From a virus (lineage: Duplodnaviria; Caudoviricetes), in IMG/VR virus record IMGVR_UViG_3300017754_004939, positions 710 to 64,709 of that record: a stretch of 64,000 nucleotides of DNA. The stretch is one strand, 5' to 3'. Below, piece by piece: positions 31,001 to 37,616 of this stretch. How positions within the stretch are numbered: the first letter of the stretch is position 1; every line of letters begins with the position of its first letter. A model generated the notes under the pieces. That model did no database searches, was not told the origin of the DNA, and was given only the letters and a program-made list of their open reading frames with translations. Both the position numbers and the translations under genes were made by a program.

Positions 31001-32467
31001 GGTACTGTTGGAACTCCTGGTACACCCGGGCTGCCAGGTCATTCGGGTCTCCCTGGTACTGTTGGTACTCCTGGCACAGTAGGTACACCAGGTACACCAG
31101 GTTTATCTGGTGCGCCAGGTACACCAGGAGCTGTTGGTACTCCTGGTACCCCTGGTATTTCAGGTAAACCAGGCACCACTGGCACACCAGGGTTACCAGG
31201 TACAGTAGGTACACCTGGTTTACCAGGGGCAATTGGTACTCCTGGTACTGTTGGTACTCCTGGTACTCCTGGTATTTCAGGTAAACCTGGTACTGTTGGT
31301 ACTCCCGGAACACCTGGTGCTCCAGGTTTATCTGGTGCTCCAGGTACACCCGGCACTGTTGGTACTCCTGGTACACCAGGTACTCCTGGTATATCTGGTA
31401 AACCTGGTTCTGTTGGTACACCAGGTTTACCAGGCACGGTAGGCACTCCAGGTGCGATAGGTACTCCTGGTACTCCAGGCTTACCAGGTCATTCAGGTCT
31501 CCCTGGTACTGTTGGTACACCTGGCGCTGTTGGTACCCCTGGTACACCAGGTGCTGTAGGAACTCCGGGCGCGCCAGGTACCCCCGGAACACCAGGTACT
31601 CCTGGTACTCCTGGTATTTCTGGTAAACCAGGTACAGTTGGTACACCTGGCGCTGTTGGTACACCAGGTACACCTGGTACACCAGGTGCTGTAGGAACTC
31701 CGGGCGCGCCAGGTACTCCTGGTACACCAGGTACTCCTGGTACACCAGGTATTTCTGGTAAACCAGGTACAGTTGGTACTCCTGGTTTACCTGGTACAGT
31801 TGGTACTCCAGGCTTGCCTGGTACAGTTGGCACTCCTGGTACTCCTGGTACTCCTGGTATTTCAGGTAAACCTGGTACTGTTGGTACTCCTGGTTTACCA
31901 GGTACAGTTGGTTTGTCTGGAGCTCCTGGTACTCCTGGTATTTCAGGTAGACCAGGTACTGCTGGTACTCCTGGATTGCCTGGTACTCCTGGGTTGCCTG
32001 GTACTCCAGGTTTATCTGGTGCTCCTGGTGCTGCAGCAACATTAACAAACAACGTTAACGACTATGTTTGTACCATGACTGGTTCTGGTATTAACGGTGA
32101 AGCTAACCTAACCTTTGATGGAACAGTATTACAAACATTTAACTATAAAGGTAAGCAAACAACTGTTACAGCAGCTTCTTCTACAACAGTAAATACTCAA
32201 TATCAATTTACTGAAATAACTTTCAGCGCTACTATTTCAACATTAACCTTTAGTAATATAGCAGCTTCTGGAAATTCTGTATCTTGGTATGTTGTAACTG
32301 CTGGTAATGGTACAGCATATACAATAACATGGCCTGCTGCTGTAAAATGGCCTTCTGGTATTGCTCCAACAATTACTACAACAAATGCAAAGCGGGATTT
32401 TTATGCATTTGTAACTTATGATGGAGGTACAAATATTTACGCTAGCATAGTTGCTCAAAACTTCTAA
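25079..32467 (+). CDS. Collagen-like tail/capsid fibre protein (2462 aa) with two inserted globular domains (second one C1q/TNF-like) and a C-terminal fibre-tip domain
   Basis: Three Gly-X-Y tracts. Insert 2, DNTIQFIDDFDPQNWWDASTYRFTPTVEGYY, resembles C1q-like jellyrolls. C-terminal TITWPAAVKWPSGIAPT...DFYAFVTYDGGT is a common phage fibre-end motif. Confidence 0.9.
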   Translation: MADVQVIPGVAVISFSGVATNTVYLSSSDAGVAILEGPNGPMFTADGNTNEMTIEATLSAVNFIINTPDIDASGLDTLTDPLSVLALSAGKFYATTAGKIGAPGTSGLPGASGTSGISGIPGISGVPGISGVPGISGVPGISGPPGISGVPGASGFPGASGLPGASGIPGISGIPGISGIPGISGIPGISGVPGISGTPGTPGLSGKPGASGLPGTPGISGIPGISGIPGISGIPGISGTPGTPGLSGKPGSSGLPGASGQPGISGVPGISGTPGTPGISGIPGISGTPGVSGLSGKPGASGLPGASGLPGNPGISGTPGISGTPGISGTPGISGIPGISGTPGLSGASGLPGASGLPGASGLPGTPGVSGVPGISGIPGISGVPGISGTPGISGTPGLSGASGLPGASGLPGVSGVPGISGVPGISGIPGISGVPGISGTPGISGTPGVSGTPGVSGTPGVSGVPGISGIPGISGQPGISGVPGISGVPGISGAPGASGLPGASGLPGASGLPGISGVPGISGTPGISGTPGISGVPGASGLPGASGLPGASGLPGISGQPGISGVPGISGQPGVSGLPGVSGLPGVSGLPGVSGIPGASGLPGASGLPGASGLPGTSGLPGARGIAGGATYYLNNSVTSLSGWKEWSTTPVLLAQTVNTITLNSGQTGVIQSFITPIDDPYLTFITPGIWSFYLHCTRGGGTNTQFDVWAEVYRYNTNLGTLTFLLSTAPVAIISNTTPQMQISDSFFNGASALLNDRLYVDIKAANNSGGTHTVSLYSEGSLNYSFSITPIGATGNSGLPGISGTPGVSGVPGISGVPGISGVPGTSGIPGVSGGPGVSGIPGVSGGPGISGGPGISGAPGISGALGGSGLPGTPGAPGFSGLPGTVGLSGAPGTPGISGIPGTPGTPGTPGFSGLPGTVGLSGAPGTPGISGVPGTPGTPGAPGFSGLPGTVGLSGAPGTPGISGVPGTPGTPGAPGFSGLPGTVGTPGAPGTPGISGIPGTPGTPGAPGFSGLPGTVGLSGAPGTPGISGVPGTPGAPGAPGFSGLPGTVGTPGAPGTPGISGIPGISGTPGTPGAPGFSGLPGTVGLSGAPGTPGISGIPGISGIPGTPGTSGTPGFSGLPGTVGTPGAPGTPGISGIPGTSGTPGTPGAPGFSGLPGTVGTPGAPGTPGVPGISGIPGTPGTPGAPGFSGLPGTVGTPGAPGAPGISGIPGTSGTPGTPGTPGAPGFSGLPGTVGLSGAPGTPGISGVPGTPGTSGTPGFSGLPGTVGLSGAPGTPGISGVPGTPGLPGTVGTPGAPGTPGISGKPGTVGTPGLPGTVGISGTPGISGMPGKDGGQLTASNYVAQGKLAADQTITSGSDNTIQFIDDFDPQNWWDASTYRFTPTVEGYYTIAVGAWFSDPGSTSSQMNLQGRKNGNTFALTQEPNNSSGTGQGLGFTKIVFFNGSTDYADFTVYQSSGVSRTLQQGTSGSGTWFSASLIVGGTASGLPGLSGTPGISGIPGTPGAPGTPGTPGLPGIGISGKPGAVGTPGLPGTVGTPGLPGTPGLPGTIGTPGAPGHSGLPGLPGTIGTPGTSGLPGISGTPGTPGTPGTPGVIGTPGAPGAVGTPGAPGHSGLPGLPGTVGTPGTPGTPGTSGLPGISGTPGTPGTPGTPGISGKPGTVGTPGLPGTVGTPGLPGHSGLPGAVGTPGTVGLSGAPGTPGISGIPGTPGAPGTVGTPGTPGTPGHSGLPGTPGTPGAVGTPGAPGTPGISGKPGTVGTPGLPGTVGTPGLPGHSGLPGTVGTPGTPGAVGTPGAPGTPGAVGTPGTPGTPGISGKPGTVGTPGLPGTVGTPGLPGHSGLPGTVGTPGTPGTPGLSGAPGTPGAVGTPGTPGISGKPGTVGTPGLPGTVGTPGLPGHSGLPGTVGTPGTPGTPGSPGLPGHSGLPGTPGTVGTPGTPGTPGAVGTPGTPGISGKPGTAGLSGAPGTPGTVGTPGTPGLPGHSGLPGTVGTPGTVGTPGTPGLSGAPGTPGAVGTPGTPGISGKPGTTGTPGLPGTVGTPGLPGAIGTPGTVGTPGTPGISGKPGTVGTPGTPGAPGLSGAPGTPGTVGTPGTPGTPGISGKPGSVGTPGLPGTVGTPGAIGTPGTPGLPGHSGLPGTVGTPGAVGTPGTPGAVGTPGAPGTPGTPGTPGTPGISGKPGTVGTPGAVGTPGTPGTPGAVGTPGAPGTPGTPGTPGTPGISGKPGTVGTPGLPGTVGTPGLPGTVGTPGTPGTPGISGKPGTVGTPGLPGTVGLSGAPGTPGISGRPGTAGTPGLPGTPGLPGTPGLSGAPGAAATLTNNVNDYVCTMTGSGINGEANLTFDGTVLQTFNYKGKQTTVTAASSTTVNTQYQFTEITFSATISTLTFSNIAASGNSVSWYVVTAGNGTAYTITWPAAVKWPSGIAPTITTTNAKRDFYAFVTYDGGTNIYASIVAQNF
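25370..26962 (+). repeat. Collagen tract A (177 triplets; GIS/GAS alternating with GXP)
   Basis: 1593 nt = 177 x 9; Gly seen every third residue. Confidence 0.9.
27461..29098 (+). repeat. Collagen tract B (182 triplets; higher-order GAPGFSGLPGTVG.. unit)
   Basis: 1638 nt = 182 x 9; recurring units of about 30-36 aa. Confidence 0.9.
29555..32035 (+). repeat. Collagen tract C (about 275 triplets plus one GI interruption; GHS/GKP/GTV/GTP)
   Basis: 2481 nt = 275 x 9 + 6, consistent with the single G-I-G break seen near 29645. Confidence 0.88.
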
Positions 32468-32475
32468 TTAATATT

Positions 32476-33453
32476 ATGATAGCATTTAAACCTGGAAGAC
32501 AGGCTCAATTTGATCTGTGGGGTACTAGAAGTAACATGGGCCAAGGATTTTCAATTTTTGGCTTTGGAGATGCTACTGGAGGATACTCAAATACTCCGTA
32601 TAGCAGAAAATATACTTTTTCTAACAGTACTGAGTCTTCTAATACCGATTTTACCACTGGTAAAAAAATTGTTCAAGGAACAGCATTTTGGAGTAGTCTT
32701 TCCAGTAAAGTTTACTTAATTTCGGGTTATACTGGAAGCGGTCTTGACACAAATGTAAACACTCAGGCCTTTTCTACAAACACCCAAAGTACAATTTCTA
32801 ATTCTTGGATGGGGGTAGTTAGAAGAGGTACCGCGGCTCCAGGTCAATTTTTTGGTATTAGATTTGATACGTCTTCAGGTTCATGCGCAATTATGGGTGG
32901 TTATAGTGATAATACAGGTCTTTATTACGCAAGAATTGACTATTTACAAACCTATAACGAAACCGGAGGCTATGCAGGAGATAATACTTTTTCATCTCAC
33001 GTAGGCATAAGTTTTGCAAGTTATGAAAATTATTATTATGCTGGTGGTTACGAATCAATAACCACAATGTCTAAGCGGAATAATACTACAGGTAGTATAT
33101 CTACTTTAGCAGCAACAGATACAGCTGGTTATTATGGGTATGGTACAGGTAACTGGGGATATGGTTATAGGTTTGGTGGTGCTTACTTTCAAAATTATAG
33201 TAATACTATGAGATTTAATTATTACAATGAAACTAGACAAACTGGAGCATCTCTTCCTAGTACCCAACCACAGATTTCACCTGGTACTACTGGAGTCACT
33301 AATGTTTATGCGTATCTTTGGACTGGTTATCAAGGGTCTATCTTAAATAGATTTTTAAATCTTTATTCATGGTCTACAGACACTATTACAAGCGCAAGCT
33401 ATACAACAGGAGATCCCAACAACGGGTGGATTTACGGAACAGGTGGCGCATAA
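32476..33453 (+). CDS. Kelch-like beta-propeller, probable receptor-binding/tip protein
   Basis: Gly/Tyr/Ser-rich, with recurring xxGGY blades; directly follows the collagen gene. Confidence 0.6.
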   Translation: MIAFKPGRQAQFDLWGTRSNMGQGFSIFGFGDATGGYSNTPYSRKYTFSNSTESSNTDFTTGKKIVQGTAFWSSLSSKVYLISGYTGSGLDTNVNTQAFSTNTQSTISNSWMGVVRRGTAAPGQFFGIRFDTSSGSCAIMGGYSDNTGLYYARIDYLQTYNETGGYAGDNTFSSHVGISFASYENYYYAGGYESITTMSKRNNTTGSISTLAATDTAGYYGYGTGNWGYGYRFGGAYFQNYSNTMRFNYYNETRQTGASLPSTQPQISPGTTGVTNVYAYLWTGYQGSILNRFLNLYSWSTDTITSASYTTGDPNNGWIYGTGGA

Positions 33454-33463
33454 ATAGCGCTAT

Positions 33464-34120
33464 ATGGATAAATTGATGGAGCTAACAAATGAGTTTTCTG
33501 AGAAGTTTGATTTAACTGACATTGATTTTTCAGTTCACTATACAGGTAGAACATTTTTTCAGCTAGAGCGTTTTGTAATGGGAGAGCATGATTTACCTGA
33601 GCGTAAATTTCTTCAATTAATGATGGAGCTCAAAACAATAAGAGATGGTTTTGTGCACGATAGTTTAGAAGTTGAAAAACTAAAGATTCAAATTAAAAGA
33701 CTATTAGATACTGGGGATGAGATTGATAAGATAGAGGCCATGAAAAAGCAATACAATTTGAGTTTTTATGAGGCGGGCATGGTTTGTAGACAAGAAGAAG
33801 TAAAGCATATTGCTAAACTTTTAAAACAATTACCTAAAATTTATACTAAACAAGAAATTGAAGCAGCAGAAGAGAGATATTGGGAAAAGAGACTTGTTAG
33901 ACAGGCAGCAGAGGAATTGGTTGGTACTATGACAGGTATTAATCCAGGTAACATGCGTTCTAATATTCAAGCTAAAACCTCGATTAGTAACTTGTTATTA
34001 GAATTACAAAATCAAAGCATAAATAATATTAAGGAGTCTGCTATGTTGCCGAGTAATGTAACAGAGAAAGAGCCTGAAAATTATTACAATCAAGTAGTGT
34101 TTTCAAACCCAGTTTTTTAA
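33464..34120 (+). CDS. Helical fibre-associated protein (possible chaperone)
   Basis: Coiled-coil-like; FQLERFV and EERYWEKRLVRQA motifs, which I recall recurring beside phage kelch-like fibre genes. Confidence 0.55.
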   Translation: MDKLMELTNEFSEKFDLTDIDFSVHYTGRTFFQLERFVMGEHDLPERKFLQLMMELKTIRDGFVHDSLEVEKLKIQIKRLLDTGDEIDKIEAMKKQYNLSFYEAGMVCRQEEVKHIAKLLKQLPKIYTKQEIEAAEERYWEKRLVRQAAEELVGTMTGINPGNMRSNIQAKTSISNLLLELQNQSINNIKESAMLPSNVTEKEPENYYNQVVFSNPVF

Positions 34121-34121
34121 T

Positions 34122-34679
34122 ATGAGCTTTTACTGTTTGGTTATTGATAACAAAATTGTTTCTGAACCAATGCCCTTGCCGGCATGTTATAAAAACATCT
34201 CTAATTTTTATTGTTTATCTGACCAAGAGGTAGTAGATTTAACTTGGTCAGGTAACCCTGGAGAAGGATTTTGGCCCGCTACAGTAAACCCGCCTTGTGA
34301 TTACACTATTTCTCAAAAACTAAAAAGAAATATTGACTTAAATTTAGTTGATAAGAGAGTAACAGTTACCTTTACAGCTGTAGATTTAACCACACAAGAG
34401 TATACTAATAGAATTAATTTTATAGAAAATCAAATAAGATCAATTAGAGATAACTATTTGAGATTAACTGATTTTACTCAACTTCCAGATGCCCCTATTT
34501 CAAGTGCTGCTAAGACTGATTATGTAAATTTCAGACAACAGCTGAGAGATATTTTAAATAATGTAGTTGACCCTACTACTATAACCTGGCCAACTATACC
34601 AACATCTGCTCCTAATATAGAGATACCTGCTTTCCCTCCTGTACCAGATTATAAGAATGGCCTTATACCTCCTGTGTAA
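34122..34679 (+). CDS. Tail fibre assembly chaperone-like protein
   Basis: IRSIRDNYLRLTDFTQLPD...FRQQLRDI...ITWPTIP matches the phage tail assembly chaperone pattern. Confidence 0.7.
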   Translation: MSFYCLVIDNKIVSEPMPLPACYKNISNFYCLSDQEVVDLTWSGNPGEGFWPATVNPPCDYTISQKLKRNIDLNLVDKRVTVTFTAVDLTTQEYTNRINFIENQIRSIRDNYLRLTDFTQLPDAPISSAAKTDYVNFRQQLRDILNNVVDPTTITWPTIPTSAPNIEIPAFPPVPDYKNGLIPPV

Positions 34680-34690
34680 TACATAATTGC

Positions 34691-35473
34691 ATGGTAGTAT
34701 TACACCCTGACATTGGCAAGACGATTAACCCAATTGTTAATCCGAATCTTAATATTCAAGAATTAGGAAAGACTTTTATTTCGACTGGTAGAATTGAGAT
34801 AGATAATTTCTTAGATACACCAACAGCGGATCATATGCATTATTTCTATAATGAATTGTATCCTTCTGAATGGTGGCATGCCTCAAGTGTTCCTGCCTTA
34901 TACAAAAACGGTGGCAATAGTGATGAAATTTACGACGAATATAATCAATGTGATAAGTTTCAAAATACTACTCAAAACCAAAGCACTATCAAAGTAGTAT
35001 ATGAGTTCGCTCACAAAGCAAATGCAGAAGGTAGATTTGCTTATTTCTTCTGGAGATCTTTTAACGACCACCCTGTTGATTGTGTATGCCAGGAATGTCA
35101 ATTAACAAGATACTTTAGTACTCCGCAGTTTGTTAATTTTCTCAATAATATTACTGGTAATTCTTTAAATTTAACAAATCCCTTTACTATCTTTACAAGC
35201 AAGTATTCTCAGGGATGTTTCCTTAATACTCACTCTGATGATATGAATGGTAAACTAGCCTTTGTTTATCATCTTACTAAAGATTGGAGACCGGATTATG
35301 GTGGTTTGTTTACTGCTCAGGATAAGGACAGAAATGTATTAAAAACCATTGTACCTGCCTTTAACAAGTTTGTTTGCTTCAGAGTTGGTGATTATATAAC
35401 ACCTCACAGTGTTACTCAGGTATCTCACAACGTAACTAAGCATAGAATATCGTTAACTGGTTGGTATAAGTGA
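34691..35473 (+). CDS. 2OG-Fe(II) oxygenase, prolyl-4-hydroxylase-like (2OG-FeII_Oxy_3 / PHD-type)
   Basis: HxD (NTHSDD), LAFVYHL..DW...YGG, P.FN.FV.F, distal His (PHSV) and RISLTGWY. Confidence 0.85.
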   Translation: MVVLHPDIGKTINPIVNPNLNIQELGKTFISTGRIEIDNFLDTPTADHMHYFYNELYPSEWWHASSVPALYKNGGNSDEIYDEYNQCDKFQNTTQNQSTIKVVYEFAHKANAEGRFAYFFWRSFNDHPVDCVCQECQLTRYFSTPQFVNFLNNITGNSLNLTNPFTIFTSKYSQGCFLNTHSDDMNGKLAFVYHLTKDWRPDYGGLFTAQDKDRNVLKTIVPAFNKFVCFRVGDYITPHSVTQVSHNVTKHRISLTGWYK

Positions 35474-35493
35474 GACTATTAAAACAAAATAAA

Positions 35494-35540
35494 ACCCGTT
35501 GTTTCCCTGTTATAGTAACTGAGAACAACGGGTCTTTTGT
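35494..35540. terminator. Bidirectional terminator between convergent genes
   Basis: ACCCGTTGTT / AACAACGGGT inverted repeat, A-rich 5' flank and CTTTTGT 3' flank. Confidence 0.75.
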
Positions 35541-35553
35541 GTTAAGATAGCTA

Positions 35554-35865
35554 TTAATGTCTAAAATAGTGATAGTGATGATATGTCACTGGAAATTGCA
35601 CAGTAATTGGTGTTGGGTAACCAATTCCAATTGGAGTTGGATATACAATTGGAGTTGGATATACAACTGGAGCTGGAGCATAAATCACAGGTCTAGGAAT
35701 ACATACAGGTGAAGTATATACGACTGGAGCTGGAGCATAAACGACTGGAGCTGGAGTATAAACAGGACCTCCAATGTTTACACTTACTCCAACTCCCCAA
35801 CCTGCTAGAGCTGAAGAGGCTAAGAACAAACCAACAACAACCGACATTAACTTTTTCATAGTCAT
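35554..35865 (-). CDS. Secreted Pro/Val/Tyr-rich small protein (PXPV-repeat-like)
   Basis: Signal peptide ending ALA, then GVSVNIGGPVY and (PAPVVY)n, with a His-rich end. Confidence 0.75.
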   Translation of the reverse strand: MTMKKLMSVVVGLFLASSALAGWGVGVSVNIGGPVYTPAPVVYAPAPVVYTSPVCIPRPVIYAPAPVVYPTPIVYPTPIGIGYPTPITVQFPVTYHHYHYFRH

Positions 35866-35874
35866 AAGTATTTA

Positions 35875-36513
35875 TTAGTGTTTAATAAAGATCTTCCAAT
35901 CTTCGTGTTTGATGCTTACATAATGAGTACCTGGAGCTGGAGCCTTTGGAACTCTCAAAAGCTTATATCCAGCCTCTTCGGGCATTTTATTACCAATCTT
36001 TTGATTGAGAGGTAGATCGCAAAGAACCATGTTTTCCCAGGTATCTTTACCACCACGACTCTTTGGAATAACGTGATGAATACTGCCACTATGCTTATCA
36101 AGTTTCTTACCAGTAAGTTGGCAGGTATAATTATCTCTCTTCCAGATAGCAGTCTTAGACACTCTCTCAAGACGTTTAGGCATAGAACTATAGTTCTTAG
36201 CTATTAGCACAGTAGGAATACGCATGATCCTATTGTTAGCGCATTTGATAAAAGGAGTATATTTATAGACTGGTTGAAAAAACCATTCGTTCCTGGTTAC
36301 AGTCTTAATGGTATAATTTGAATAGTCATAACCAATGACATCTCCAGATTTAGGGTCAGTTTGTTCCTTATAATCAATGCAGATAGCCTCCCAGCTGTTA
36401 GAGTCTTCCTGGCTAAGAAACTGAGTCATGGTATCCTTGACAGTTTTAGTCTCTCCGGTGAACTCCCAGTTGCGGTTCAGAACAATAGTGTAGACTTCGC
36501 TTTCTACTGACAT
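35875..36513 (-). CDS. HNH endonuclease (McrA-like)
   Basis: IWKRDNYTCQLTG...SIHHVIPKSRGGKDTWENMV. Upstream TTGCCT-N17-TAACAT, 6 nt before the ATG. Confidence 0.85.
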   Translation of the reverse strand: MSVESEVYTIVLNRNWEFTGETKTVKDTMTQFLSQEDSNSWEAICIDYKEQTDPKSGDVIGYDYSNYTIKTVTRNEWFFQPVYKYTPFIKCANNRIMRIPTVLIAKNYSSMPKRLERVSKTAIWKRDNYTCQLTGKKLDKHSGSIHHVIPKSRGGKDTWENMVLCDLPLNQKIGNKMPEEAGYKLLRVPKAPAPGTHYVSIKHEDWKIFIKH

Positions 36514-36548
36514 GCCAATATGTTATCGGCTTTCTTGAGACTAGGCAA

Positions 36549-37253
36549 CTATTTTCCAGGATTTGTTTTCGGCTGATTAAAGAATTTAGATCCTTTTATC
36601 TTTTTTATGGAATCTTCAACTCTAGTCTTAACACCTGGCTCAGAACCTTGAATGCGGCTTCTTATTAAATTAGTAGCCTGCTCTTTTTCTCCAGCTAAAA
36701 GTAATTTAGTAACATCGTACTTTAAATCCCCTCTATAAACTAAATCAAATAAAGCTTGTTGAGTATTATAATCGTATTTAAAAAAGTCTGGGTATAATCT
36801 CTTTAATGTATCTAGACGGGTCTTAACGTCGTAATTTAATAGCTTTTCTGCCTGAGGCTCAGTTAACTCAGCTGGTTTTTGTTTATTAAAAATTTGATCA
36901 AAATCAAATTCAGGTATAACTTTTTTGAAAATAGCTTTTGACTGGTTTACATTCTTTAAGCTATGACCCCAGCCAATTGTTGGGTCTTTAGGAGCTCTGT
37001 GCAACTTTTTAACTAAATTAAAATTAGTGCTACCTTCTCTCTTTTTAAGATCATGTTTAATTTTGTACATGAACTCTTCTTCAGAAGAAGGCTTTACAGC
37101 TTTCTGAACAATAGCTGGTTGTTCCTTTTGAGGTATCTCTTTAGCAGCACCAGGAGCAGCAATCAACCCAGCAGCAAGAAGACTCTTCCAGTCTAGTTTT
37201 TCTTCTACACTGTGAGCCTTTAATAAATGGTTTGAAAGCAATGTGAAGCTCAT
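36549..37253 (-). CDS. Phage lysozyme (GH24-like) with N-terminal extension
   Basis: LKKREG...KDPTIGWGHSL, LTEPQAEKLLNYD and QQALFDLVY. Confidence 0.75.
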   Translation of the reverse strand: MSFTLLSNHLLKAHSVEEKLDWKSLLAAGLIAAPGAAKEIPQKEQPAIVQKAVKPSSEEEFMYKIKHDLKKREGSTNFNLVKKLHRAPKDPTIGWGHSLKNVNQSKAIFKKVIPEFDFDQIFNKQKPAELTEPQAEKLLNYDVKTRLDTLKRLYPDFFKYDYNTQQALFDLVYRGDLKYDVTKLLLAGEKEQATNLIRSRIQGSEPGVKTRVEDSIKKIKGSKFFNQPKTNPGK

Positions 37254-37615
37254 TGACCTGTCATTTGAGGGTTAATAGTAGCAGATGTAAATGTTGGCTT
37301 CTTAGGAGCTGGAGGTAATCCTTGAGCCTGTCTTAGTTGATCACTCAAATCATTAACCATTCCCTCAAGATCTTTAATCTTTTTGAAAGAGTTTTGAACA
37401 TATGCATTTGTTTGCTTGTTCATTGCATCCTGCTGATTAGCCTGAGGAGTGTTTGGTGTAGCTGTTTTTTGAGTAGATGTAGATGCAGAAGAAGTAGATG
37501 GGTTGTTAATACTTTGCTGCCCAACAGGTGCCTGCAAACTCATCTTTGGAATAGTAGGAATGGTTAACCCTGGAGCCTGTTCCATTATACTGTTGTATAA
37601 TTCATCGAACGTCAT
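37250..37615 (-). CDS. Hypothetical low-complexity late protein
   Basis: TAAATA-N5-ATG; N-terminus MTFDELYNSIME; ATGA overlap with the lysozyme gene. Confidence 0.7.
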   Translation of the reverse strand: MTFDELYNSIMEQAPGLTIPTIPKMSLQAPVGQQSINNPSTSSASTSTQKTATPNTPQANQQDAMNKQTNAYVQNSFKKIKDLEGMVNDLSDQLRQAQGLPPAPKKPTFTSATINPQMTGQ

Positions 37616-37616
37616 A

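Noticed and set aside
25354-32052. Antisense PGVPG ORFs and alternate-frame L/V/Y/Q-rich ORFs over the collagen
   Set aside because: GGN/CCN codon complementarity keeps these frames stop-free; they lack a strict Gly-X-Y register and start signals.
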